Positions 1-12,600 of a stretch of 64,000 bases of DNA are shown here, piece by piece. Where the stretch lies: assembly GCA_950097015.1 (NCBI GenBank), contig CATNEN010000011.1:2542001-2606000 (forward strand), given 5' to 3'. The stretch comes from Macrostomum hystrix. Lineage: Eukaryota; Animalia; Platyhelminthes. A program made the translations under genes and the position numbers. Every line of letters begins with the position of its first letter. Position 1 is the stretch's first letter. The notes beneath the pieces are model-generated. The model had not been told where the DNA came from, did no database searches, and saw nothing but the letters and a program-made list of their open reading frames with translations.

Positions 1-68
1 ATTTCTACATTGCTAGCACACCATATTAGACAGTCTTGAACCCTCACCTGACCCTATCGCATTCGCAG

Positions 69-3000
69 GTAAACGTATTCCAGAACCTCATCTTCTACCT
101 GGAGCGGGCCTACCGCATTCCTGACTTCGGCATGTGGGAGCGCGGCACCAAGCAGAACACCGGCAGCGTGGAGCTGCACGCCAGCTCCGTCGGGTTCGCC
201 AAAGCCGCCCTGGAAGCCGCCAACAGTTTCAACGTGTTCGGCCAGTCTGGCGATCACACCACCGTCATCCACGTTGACATCGATGCCCACTCTAGGAATC
301 GAATCATTTTAACAAACCTGCTGCCAAGAGAGAGTGCTACCAAGGGATGCGACAGTTCGCTAATTCCCACCCTGTGCTGGCCAGGTCATGCTACTCACGA
401 ACCGGTTAGGAGGGCCGCCCTGCAGAATGTATTTAACAGATTCCGTGGAGAATACGGCTTTAAAAGATTCTCCAGAGATGGCTACGGCAGCGCCATGGAG
501 ACTAGTGGAGTTGGGCCGCACAGGCGAGCCCAGTATTCTCACGGCGAATTGAAGAAATTCGAACAGGTCGAATGCCAATGGCCAATTTTCTACGCCTTTC
601 TCATCATTGAGCATTGCCTGCAGGGCGATTTCAAAATTGCCGGCGCTTATAAACGAAAACTGGACTCACTGCTGCTAGAGGCAGATTCTGGAGTACCCCT
701 GTGAGTTGCTGAAGGAATGTAGGAATGAGGAATGTAGAGAATGGGAAGAATGTAGGAATGAATAATGTAGGATAGAGAATGGGAAGAATGTAGGATAGAG
801 AGTGGGAAGAATGTAGCATAGAGAGTGGGAAGAATGTAGGATAGAGAGTGGGAAGAATGTAGAATAGAGAGTGGGAAGAATGTAGGATAGAGAGTGGGAA
901 GAATGTAGGATAGAGAGTGGGAAGAATGTAGGATAGAGAATGGGAAGAATTTAGGATAGAGAATGGGAAGAATGTAAGATAGAGAGTAGGAAGAATGTAG
1001 GATAGAGAGTGGGAATAATGTAGGATAGAGAGTGGGAAGAATGTAGGATATAGAATGGGAATAATGTAGGTTAGAGAATGGAAATAATGTAGGATAGAGA
1101 GTGGGAAGAATTTAGGATAGAGAATGGGAATAATGTAAGATAGAGAGTAGGAAGAATGTAGGATAGAGAATGGGAATAATGTAGGATAGAGAGTGGGAAG
1201 AATGTAGGATAGAGAGTGGGAAGAATGTAGGATAGAGAGTGGGAAGAATGTAGGATAGAGAGTGGGAAGAATGTAGGATAGAGAGTGGGAAGAATGTAGG
1301 ATAGGTATATTGAATTGAGGTGGATGGTGCATTACATAAGAAATCATACCGCCACTGCCTGTAGCAGCCAGCCTTGGGACTCAGCATCGCCCCAGCAACA
1401 GCAGCAGCAGCAGCAGCAACGCCGCTGGATGCCGAAGTTCTACTTTGTTCCTCGCGACTATGTTCAAGAGGAGCGTGACAAACCGGGCAGCCAATCGCGT
1501 CGCTCGAATTTCGATTTGGGCGATCCGATATTTCTCTGGGGCGAATCCGTGCTACTCATAGCCGACCTCATGGAGTCCGGTTACCTCATGGCGCACGATT
1601 TGGATCTACTGCGCCGATACAAACCGTTTCACGAACGACCCTTGGATATGTCCAGGCGGGTACCGTTCGTTAACAAGCTGCAGGATCTGGTGGTACAGGT
1701 CGTGCTTATTTCCGAGTCCGTGCGATTGCAACAAATGTTGGCCACGTTTGGAGTGCAAAGTCAGACTCCTACTCAGGTCTGTGCTGCTTTGACTTGCATG
1801 TTTGATCCTCTGTTCACTCAGTCCATTCACGCCAGTATTAACTATTCACTCTAACATCCCCTATTCACTCCAGCATCCCCTATTCACTCCAACATCCCCT
1901 ATTCACTCCAACATCCCCTATTTACTCCAATATCCCCTATTCACTACAATATCCCCTATTCACTACAATAGTCCCTATTCACTACAATATTCCCTATTCA
2001 CTACAATATCCCCTATTCACTACAATATCTTCTATTCACTACAATATATTCTATTCAATCTAACATCTCTCTTGTCTATTCACCCTAGTGTCCCATTTTC
2101 TCAATTTTCTCTAATATCCCCTTTCCTTAAAATTGCAACATACCAATTTCCCAAATCCCAATAGCACCGATATGAAATTGTTCCCACTTTTAACTGCCGC
2201 CCAGGTGGAGCCCATCACCTTGTGGCCGTCCAAGAATCTAATTAAGGTGCAAGAGTGCCTCGGCCGGTGCGACAGTCTCGGCTTGTCCGGCCGGCCTCCG
2301 CGACCAATCGGCCAGCTGGGCACGGCCAAATTCTACAGGGTACCTGGCCGGACTGTGCTCTGCTATCCGCTGCTGTTTGAGATGCGCGATTTTTACCTGC
2401 TGCACGATATGGACATGGTCATTGACGAGGTGAGCTGGGGGGCTTCTTCTAGCATCAAGACTGCGTTTCTTGAGTGCTTCTACCTTAGATTTTTTTAAGC
2501 TTCATAGACTTCAGATGAAACACCCAAGAGGTCAGGAGTTCGATTCCCGGCGCAAGAGAAACAATTTCTGTTCCTGAGCAAATAAAATAAATACTTAGCA
2601 TCAGCTGGGAGTACGAAATTTGACCAAGTGTGGTGCCTCCACAACTGTCCACGGACTGAACACCTGTACGCAGCGTTTCAAAATCCCTTTAAATAGCGTG
2701 AGGATTGTAATAAAATTGATTCCTGACTCGTGAGCACACACGCGCACAGATACTGTTCACAGGCACACGCCCTGGGTGTGTACATCTGCCCTGACTTCCT
2801 CATCGTCATTCAGTGTACACATTATGTGTGAATTCCGTACCCTAAGAAATAGTCTGAAAAGTTAGCATGGCAACTAACTATCATCACCTTGGCCAGGTGC
2901 GAACGAACCTATTATTCTTATCAACCTGGTGGCGACTGAAGGGCCGTCCAACATTCTGCTTCCTGCTGCGCGAAGACATGATCCGCGCAGCCGGAGCTAA

Positions 3001-6000
3001 GCAGCTCATCGCCTTCCTAACCAGCATGCGCACAGGTCGGGTGAACGACGTTCGCGTGTTGCTAGGCAGGGCGCAGAATCTGCTGGCCAGCGCCTGCCTG
3101 GACCACCTTGACTACCTGCAGGATCACGGTCACGCCTTTCGCAATCTGTCAGGCATTGAAGAGCTCAGCGTTGAAAAATCATTTCGCTCCCTGATGAACA
3201 TTCAGGGCCACGCGGCCGTAGCCATCGAGCAGGAGGAATGGATCGATACGAAACGAGTCGACTCAAGCAGCTCCGAGCAGCTGTGCCAGTTGATTGACAC
3301 CGCCTCGTTGAACATGGGACCAAGGATTCAGCTGCTGCACATTCTGGTTGATCGCCACGGTGTGGAGTATGTATTGCCAGGTAGGCTAATTATAATAATA
3401 ATAAAAATAATTGCAGGAGGGCTGCGGGCAATGGCACATCATTTGGTGACACTAGACCCGCAGCCAGCGAGGAGGCAATTCTGCCCATTTCGCTGACTCC
3501 TGAGCACACACTCACACAGATACTGTACGCAGGCACACGCTCACACAGGTGTGTACATCTGCCCTGACTTTCTCATCGTCAGGCAGTGTACACTGTCACA
3601 GTGCCTTGGAGGTTGGCCCTCAAGGGCGTAAATTGCACGACAAACCCCCAAGCCTTCTCTCCACGGCTGCGCCCTAAGTAAATGTGGCCTCGCCGCGGAA
3701 TCGAGCTTAGGGGACATTAGTGCGAGAGGCAAACGCGTCAACCGCTCTGCCACCGAGCACCTGCCATGTAGGTTGCTTGGATGTAAATCATTTTAAGACC
3801 CTAATTTAGAAGCAGTGCAGTTTTTTCGATTTGTAATTAATTGCAATGGAAGTGTTTAGAAATGGGAAGAAAAAAGTTGGAGAGTTAGTCACTTTTTCCC
3901 CGGTACAAAACTGTCCTATTTCTCCGGAATTTCTGCCGAATTCTTGACTAGTAAATTATGAAATAATAATTTAAAAGCTCATGAAGCTTATCTAAATGAA
4001 AATGACAGCCTAAAAGCGATGACGCTCGGTCTATTGACACTGTCCTGTGAAAATAAAATAACAATTTTAATAGTGTTATGCAGCCAAATCATGTCATGTC
4101 ATATCAGCCAACAATCTGACCAAAGCATCGACACAGAAGTCAACTGTCGTTTAAAAATATTTTTAAGTAAGAACGGAAGCATTGTTTTACAAGCTCACGG
4201 GCCTTTTTTCTCGTTAACGACACAACGATGACACACAATCGTTTCATTTTTGTTTAAACGAACCCGGAAGGATTCTTCATAAAAAATGATGGTATCGTCG
4301 TTTATGTGTCGACAGGCTGCTTTGCCCCGTTCAGCTCATTCAGAAACAGCTGGCCATTGTAAACAGATGCGGCAGCAGCGATGGACATGTGATATTTGAT
4401 CGTTGGCATCCTCAAACTAACACGGATATTCGTGGGCTATAGCTGGATGTTTTTTCCCCACGCTGATGCTGAAATGAATTTTTGCGTCTTGGACGGCTGG
4501 CAGTCCTATTGGTCGCATTCTTGAAGCGGACCCTCCTGGCTAAAGTCGCGCCGTTTCGCCACACCTAGTGTACGCTCGGTGTAGTTCAGCGTTGCTATGG
4601 CATACAACCATGATATCGAAAATCGAAAAAAAATAATGATGAATTATCCATGAATGAAGCGTTCTAAAATTTGTTGAAGCAACATGTTTTGCAAGATATA
4701 TTAAAAGAACAGAATTGGGTCTGCTTCCAATAAAACATTATCGATATTTTAATTTTCCTATCTCGCTGGAGCATTTCCCCCCGTGAAAATGAGCCTTTAA
4801 TAAATTTTCCAAGAAACAAAGTGTCCTGTGCTTCTTCTAGTAGTCCTTAGTGTACATTATAAGAAAATAAATTAAAAAAACTAATAGTGAGAACATCATA
4901 TTCAGAAGAAATGTACAAAAAGGAAAAATCGGTGAAAAAACGATTTGTAACTTGTCCAAAGTTGACCCGACATTCACCTTGCACAGACACTGTAAATTTC
5001 GGTGAAAATCATACAAATATCGCTACAAAATCTTTCCGAACTTTTCAATTGTTGGAAATGGTATTATTAAAAACCCTTCCAACACTGGCCTAACAACTGG
5101 AAAACAATGTCAGAGTTAATCACCAGCGGATTCCAGATCCTCATTTAATAATGATTGAAAATTTGCCGCCAGGTGCCAACGAAACCGTTTCTCAACGCCT
5201 CGAAGAGCTGAGCAGAACAGCCGGTGTTCAACAGCGCTGGGCCATTGTTCGCTACGCATCGGCCATTCTGCGCAAAGAGGTTGACAGCCTGGCTCCGTCT
5301 CTGTCCAATGTCATCGTTGCCGGCAAGCGTATCATCATCGGCACAGACATTGTCATCGATAGGCCGCTGACACCCAAGGAGCTCTGTCAGATTCTCTACG
5401 CCCAATACCCGCCGGGACCGTCTGGCAAGGCGGTGCTGCTGCAGGAGCTCATCCTGTTCCTCGGCTCTCTGATCTGCCGTGACAGCGCCCTGTTCTGCGG
5501 CATCCACTATATTAGATTAGATCCGCTTATTGAAGCCTTGGACATTGAACTAGCCAGCGTTGATGACCCATTGTATGGCGGCTGCAAGATTCTACAGAAT
5601 CTATCGCCTTACAAGGTTAGTTGTAGCTTGAATGACTGCTCATGCAGTGATCATTAATGACTGCTCATACTATGATAATTAATGACTGCTCATACCGTGA
5701 TCATAAATGACTGCTCATACCGTGATCATTAATGACTGCTCATACCGTGATCATAAATGACTGCTCATACTATGATAATTAATGACTGCTCATACCGTGA
5801 TCATAAATGACTGCTCATACCGTGATCATTAATGACTGCTCATACCGTGATTATTAATGACTGCTCATGCAGTGATCATTAATGACTGTTTATACGGTGA
5901 TCATTAATGACTGCTCATACTGTGATCATTAATGACTGCTCATACTGTGATTATAAATGACTGCTCATGCAGTGATCATTAATGACTGCTTATACTGTGA

Positions 6001-7766
6001 TCATTAATGACTGCTCATACTATGATAATTAATGACTGCTCATACTATGATTATAAATGACTGCTCATGCAGTGATCATTAATGACTGCTTATACTGTGA
6101 TCATTAATGACTGCTCATACTATGATAATTAATGACTGCTCATACTATGATTATAAATGACTGCTCATACTATGATAATTAATGACTGCTCATACTGTGA
6201 TCATTAATGACTGCTCATACTATGATAATTAATGACTGCTCATACTATGATTATAAATGACTGCTCATGCAGTGATCATTAATGACTGCTTATACTGTGA
6301 TCATTAATGACTGCTCATACTATGATAATTATTGACTGCTCATACTATGATTATAAATGACTGCTCATACTATGATAATTAATGACTGCTCATACTGTGA
6401 TCATTAATGACTGCTCATACTATGATAATTAATGACTGCTCATACTATGATTATAAATGACTGCTCATGCAGTGATCATTAATGACTGCTCATACTGTGA
6501 TCATTAATGACTGCTCATACTGTGATCATTAATGACTGCTCATACTATGATAATTAATGACTGCTCATACTATGATTATAAATGACTGCTCATACTATGA
6601 TAATTAATGACTGCTCATACTGTGATCATTAATGACTGCTCATACCGTGATAATTAATGACTGCTCATACTATGATTATAAATGACTGCTCATGCAGTGA
6701 TCATTAATGACTGCTCATACCGTGATAATTAATGACTGCTCATACTATGATTATAAATGACTGCTCATGCAGTGATCATTAATGACTGCTTATACTGTGA
6801 TCATTAATGACTGCTTATACTGTGATCATTAATGACTGCTTATACTGTGATCATTAATGACTGCTCATACCGTGATCATTAATGACTGCTTATACTGTGA
6901 TCATTAATGACTGCTCATACCGTGATCATTAATGACTGCTTATACTGTGATCATTAATGACTGCTCATACCGTGATCATAAATGACTGAAAATGACCTCT
7001 CATAAAAGTGTATCTTGATAGGAATGACCTGTCATAAAACTGTATCTTGATAAAAATGACTGCTCATAGAACTGTATCTTGATATGACCGCTCATAATAT
7101 GCTACCTTGTAAATAACGACCTGTTGAGTCACAGCTTACGGTCACACCCAGTCATCCCATGGCTTTCCTATTCCCGCAATTGTCCAGGTGCAATCGCTTC
7201 TAGTCTCAATTCTGCGTCTAGATCGACCTCGCGCTCCCTACTGGCAGCGCCGCATCGACGGCTGCCTCTGCCGCGTCCCCACGGGCTTCTACGAAGGCGT
7301 CTACGGCGTTTTAGAGGCCTGCTCCGGCGGCATCCGGATTGGCAACACTCTGGTTGAGCAGTACCCCTGCCTAAATGACATGTCTCGCAATGATGCCAAT
7401 TTCGTGTTCGCGGTTCAATCCACTCTGGCTAGGGAGACAGCTAACCCGGCCCTGCGCCAGATGATGGTTGAGACTCTAGTCATTCTTGAGCTCATTCTGC
7501 AGCGCAATCCGGAACTGACCGTCACCGAAGAGCTGGACGTGTTGCGCATTATCGACGAAGCTTGGCGCGATTTCAAAATCGAACACGGCCTAACCGGACC
7601 GGAGGTGGACAAATCCATGAACCTGTTCTACCAAACTGAAGCTGTTGTCTCGCGTGGCACTTCCAGTTTCATAGCCAAATCGGCGCTTAATTTTCTATTG
7701 AAAGGTGACATCACTCTAGATAAGAGTAAACAGCTAGATAGTACGAGTACTTGCTCGCTGTCTTGA
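69..7766 (+). CDS. PHKB: Phosphorylase kinase regulatory subunit beta, 5'-truncated by the window. Exons 69-700, 1365-1776, 2205-2429, 2897-3380, 5173-5615, 7188-7766
   Basis: Motifs FYLERAYRIPDFGMWERG, ELHASSVGFAKAALEA, DAHSRNR..LLPRES and YGFKRF.RDGY are closer to the beta than the alpha subunit. All junctions are GT-AG and frame-compatible. The C-terminal CAAX box CSLS* fits the known farnesylation of PhK alpha/beta. Confidence 0.9.
709..1303. repeat. 23-bp purine-rich minisatellite (gaatgtaggatagagagtgggaa) filling PHKB intron
   Basis: Direct tandem periodicity starting just after the donor at 701. Confidence 0.95.
1845..2055. repeat. 19-bp minisatellite (cactccaacatcccctatt) in PHKB intron
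   Basis: tattcact recurs at 19-nt spacing (1862, 1881, 1900...). Confidence 0.9.
2525..2690 (+). mobile_element. Degenerate copy of tRNA-derived SINE family 1
   Basis: B-box ggagttcgattcccg plus family segments catcagctggg and gtccacggactgaacacctgtacgcag. Confidence 0.6.
3390..3760 (-). mobile_element. tRNA-derived SINE family 2, near full length, (TTA)n tail
   Basis: The minus strand starts gtgctcggtggcagagcgg (A-box) with a B-box-like gctcgattcc. It is near-identical to the copy at 57883-58240; a fragment also lies at about 2725-2830. Confidence 0.85.
5630..6990. repeat. 25-bp minisatellite (aatgactgctcatactgtgatcatt), about 54 copies, PHKB intron
   Basis: Direct periodicity; the units are partly palindromic. 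Confidence 0.97.
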
Positions 7767-8417
7767 CTAACGATTCATTCACTTAAATTGATAACAAAAT
7801 TAACGATAAAACACGTCTAAGCTACTTGTTTGTTAGTAGCGTGAACGAGTATTTTTGTAGTTAACTATTGGTTGCGAATTACACCGTGATTTATAAAGTA
7901 ATTTACTGATCACTGTACACAAAATATTCTTTTTTATTTCTACCTACCTAACCAGTGGAAAGTGGTAGAAAAACTTTTATTAAAGTTAAGAAGGTACAAT
8001 TTATTTAGAAACGGACTAGCTACTAACAGTAGTCAAGTATTTTGTTATTGCGATAAAAAAGTATATTTTTGTATGCCTCATCCGCCAGAACTTTTGTCAT
8101 AACTCAAGTCGTGCAAATCATGTAATTAGATATTACTATACAGTAATTCTCATTAACAAAAATGCGTTTTTTATGATTTTTTGTCACAGGCTTTCCACAA
8201 ATTTCCTACTATTTGTGTGCTTCTATATATAATGAATTTACGATTCTGCCAATTAATAAAGAATTATTTTTATATGTTTACTATTCATAGTACAGTCATT
8301 TTTGTGATCATTTGAAGCTCCTGTGTCGTTCTGGCCAAGATAAACTGGTGCTTGGTAGTTTAATGAAGTTAATGAACTCTCGTTCTTATTATTATTTGTT
8401 AATTTATCATTGTATTA

Positions 8418-9440
8418 GGCCCTACACTGATTCTAAGATCCCTGTACTGATTCTAAGATCCTTGCACTGATTCTAAGATCCCTGTACTGATTCTAAGATC
8501 CCTACACTGATTCTAAGATCCTTGCACTGATTCTAAGATCCCTGCACTGATTCTAAGATCCTTGCACTGATTCTAAGATCCCTGCACTGATTCTAAGATC
8601 CTTGCACTGATTCTAAGATCCCTGCACTGATTCTAAGATCCCTGTACTGATTCTAAGATCCCTACACTGATTCTAAGATCCTTGCACTGATTCTAAGATC
8701 CCTGCACTGATTCTAAGATCCCTACACTGATTCTAAGATCCTTGCACTGATTCTAAGATCCCTGCACTGATTCTAAGATCCTTGCACTGATTCTAAGATC
8801 CCTGCACTGATTCTAAGATCCCTGTACTGATTCTAAGATCCCTGCACTGATTCTAAGATCCCTGCACTGATTCTAAGATCCCTGCACTGATTCTAAGATC
8901 CTTGCACTGATTCTAAGATCCCTGCACTGATTCTAAGATCCTTGCACTGATTCTAAGATCCTTGCACTGATTCTAAGATCCCTGTACTGTTTCTAAGATC
9001 CCTACACTGATTCTAAGATCCTTGCACTGATTCTAAGATCCCTGTACTGATTCTAAGATCCTTGCACTGATTCTAAGATCCCTGCACTGATTCTAAGATC
9101 CTTGCACTGATTCTAAGATCCCTACACTGATTCTAAGATCCCTGCACTGATTCTAAGATCCTTGCACTGATTCTAAGATCCCTGCACTGATTCTAAGATC
9201 CTTGCACTGATTCTAAGATCCCTACACTGATTCTAAGATCCTTGCACTGATTCTAAGATCCCTACACTGATTCTAAGATCCTTGCACTGATTCTAAGATC
9301 CCTACACTGATTCTAAGATCCTTGCACTGATTCTAAGATCCCTACACTGATTCTAAGATCCTTGCACTGATTCTAAGATCCCTACACTGATTCTAATATC
9401 CCTACACTGATTCTAAGATCCCTACATTGATTCTAAGATC
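8418..9440. repeat. 20-bp minisatellite (cactgattctaagatccctg), about 50 copies, intergenic
   Basis: Exact 20-nt column periodicity. Confidence 0.97.
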
Positions 9441-9624
9441 CCTTACACGCATACTAATATCCTTGCAGATATTCTAAGATCTCAACTCAGATTATAACTT
9501 TAAATTGTAGTTTTTTTGACCCTTTGTTTTACAACTAATGACTTTTTCTTTCAGTAAGCTACACATACTACTGCTATTCTAAAGGATCTAAAAAAGTCTA
9601 CTCTAAACAAACCCAAAAAAGAAG

Positions 9625-12600
9625 ATGGTTCCGCCATGCAACAATGGCGAGGAGTCTAGTCAGCAGCAGCAGCAGTCGCAGTCGCCTCCGCCACCGCCAC
9701 CGTCACCGCAGCTGACTATAGCCTACGGCAGCGAGACTGGTGTTGCCCAAGACGCCGCCCTGACTCTATACAACTTTGCCAGATCGCACGGCATCAGTTG
9801 TCATTTTGGATCGCTCGACGATGTCGGCATTGTTGCCATGGAAACCGCTGCCAATACTGAAGCTCAACATCGTCAACAACTTCTCATAGCCGCTTGTTCT
9901 ACTACGGGGCAAGGCGATCCGCCTGCCAATATGAAGCGATTCTGGAGACTGGCGATGAGTCGCAGAATGACTCAGGGCTGTCTGGCTGGCCCAGGGGGCA
10001 GCGGTAAGTTTAGCAGTGTGTTTCACTGCTAATCTCCCATGATCCCACATGATAATCTCCCATGATTCCACATGATAATCTCCCATGATCCCACATGATA
10101 ATCTCCCATGATTCCACATGATAATCTCCCATGATCCCACATGATAATCTCCCATGATCCCACATGATAATCTCCCATGATCCCACATGATAATCTCCCA
10201 TGATCCCACATGATAATCTCCCATGACTCCACATGATAATCTCCCATGATCCCACATGATAATCTCCCATGATCCCACATGATAATCTCCCATGATCCCA
10301 CATGATAATCTCCCATGATCCCACATGATAATCTCCCATGATCCCACATGATAATCTCCCATGATCCCACATGATAATCTCCCATGATTCCACATGATAA
10401 TCTCCCATGATCCCACATGATAATCTCCCATGATACCACATGATAATCTCCCATGATCCCACATGATAATCTCCCATGATTCCACATGATAATCTCCCAT
10501 CATCCCATATGATAATCTCCCATGATCCCACATAATAATCTCCCTTGATCCCACATGATAATCTCCCATGACTCCACATGATAATCTCCCATGATCCCAC
10601 ATGATAATCTCCCATGATCCCACATGATAATCTCCCATGATCCCACATGATAATCTCCCATGATCCCACATGATAATCTCCCATGATCCCACATGATAAT
10701 CTCCCATGATCCCACATGATAATCTCCCATGATTCCACATGATAATCTCCCATGATCCCACATGATAATCTCCCATGATACCACATGATAATCTCCCATG
10801 ATCCCACATGATAATCTCCCATGATTCCACATGATAATCTCCCATCATCCCATATGATAATCTCCCATGATCCCACATAATAATCTCCCATGATCCCACA
10901 TGATAATCTCCCATGACTCCACATGATAATCTCCCATGATCCCACATGATAATCTCCCATGATCCCACATGATAATCTCCCATGATCCCACATGATAATC
11001 TCCCATGATCCCACATGATAATCTCCCATGATCCCACATGATAATCTCCCATAATCCCACATATAATCTCCCATGATCCTACATGATATCTCCCATGATC
11101 CCACATGATATCTCCCATGATCATACATAATAATCTCCGATGATTCCACATGATAATCTCCCATGATCCCACATGATAATCTCCCATGATCCCACATGAT
11201 AATCTCCCATGATCCCACATGATAATCTCCCATGATCCCACATGATAATCTCCCATGATTCCACATGATAATTTCCCATGATCCCACATGATAATCTCCC
11301 ATGATACCACATGATAATCTCCCATGATCCCACATGATAATCTCCCATGATTCCACATGATAATCTCCCATCATCCCATATGATAATCTCCCATGATCCC
11401 ACATAATAATCTCCCATGATCCCACATGATAATCTCCCATGACTCCACATGATAATCTCCCATGATCCCACATGATAATCTCCCATGATCCCACATGATA
11501 ATCTCCCATGATCCCACATGATAATCTCCCATGATCCCACATGATAATCTCCCATGATCCCACATGATAATCCCCCATAATCCCACATATAATCTCCCAT
11601 GATCCTACATGATATCTCCCATGATCCCACATGATATCTCCTATGATCATACATAATAATCTCCGATGATCACACATGGTAATATCCCAGGATCATGCAT
11701 GATAATCTCCCATGATCCCACATGATAATCTCCCATGATCCCACATAATAATATCCGATGATCTCACATGATATCTCCCATGATCATACATAATAATCTC
11801 CGATGATCACACATGGTAATATCCCAGGATCATGCATGATAATCTCCCATGATCCCACATGATAATCTCCCATGATCCCACATGATAATCTCCCATGATC
11901 CCACATGATATCTCCCATGATCCCACATGATAATCTCCCATGATCCCACATGATAATCTCCCATGATCCCACATGATAATCTCCCATGATCCTACATGAT
12001 AATCTCCCATGATCCCACATGATATCTCCCATGATCCCACATGATAATCTCCCATGATCCCACATGATAATCTCCCATGATCCCACATGATAATCTCCCA
12101 TGATCCCACATGATAATCTCCCATGATACCACATGATAATCTCCCATGATCCCACATGATAATCTCCCATGATCCCACATGATAATCTCCCATGATCCCA
12201 CATGATAATCTCCCATAATCCCACATATAATCTCCCATGATCCTACATGATATCTCCCATGATCCCACATGATATCTCCCATGATCATACATAATAATCT
12301 CCGATGATTCCACATGATAATCTCCCATGATCCCACATGATAATCTCCCATGATCCCACATGATAATCTCCCATGATCCCACATGATAATCTCCCATGAT
12401 CCCACATGATAATCTCCCATGATTCCACATGATAATTTCCCATGATCCCACATGATAATCTCCCATGATACCACATGATAATCTCCCATGATCCCACATG
12501 ATAATCTCCCATGATTCCACATGATAATCTCCCATCATCCCATATGATAATCTCCCATGATCCCACATAATAATCTCCCATGATCCCACATGATAATCTC

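Noticed and set aside
3555-3600. Hammerhead ribozyme or SECIS core in SINE family 2 (minus strand ctgacga-tga-gaaa)
   Set aside because: No stem II and no stem III/NUH arrangement; the bases pair into a simple hairpin, and the spacing is too short for a SECIS.
3900-5100. Complex non-repetitive sequence in PHKB intron 4 as a nested gene
   Set aside because: Only short ORFs with no motifs or convincing splice pairs.
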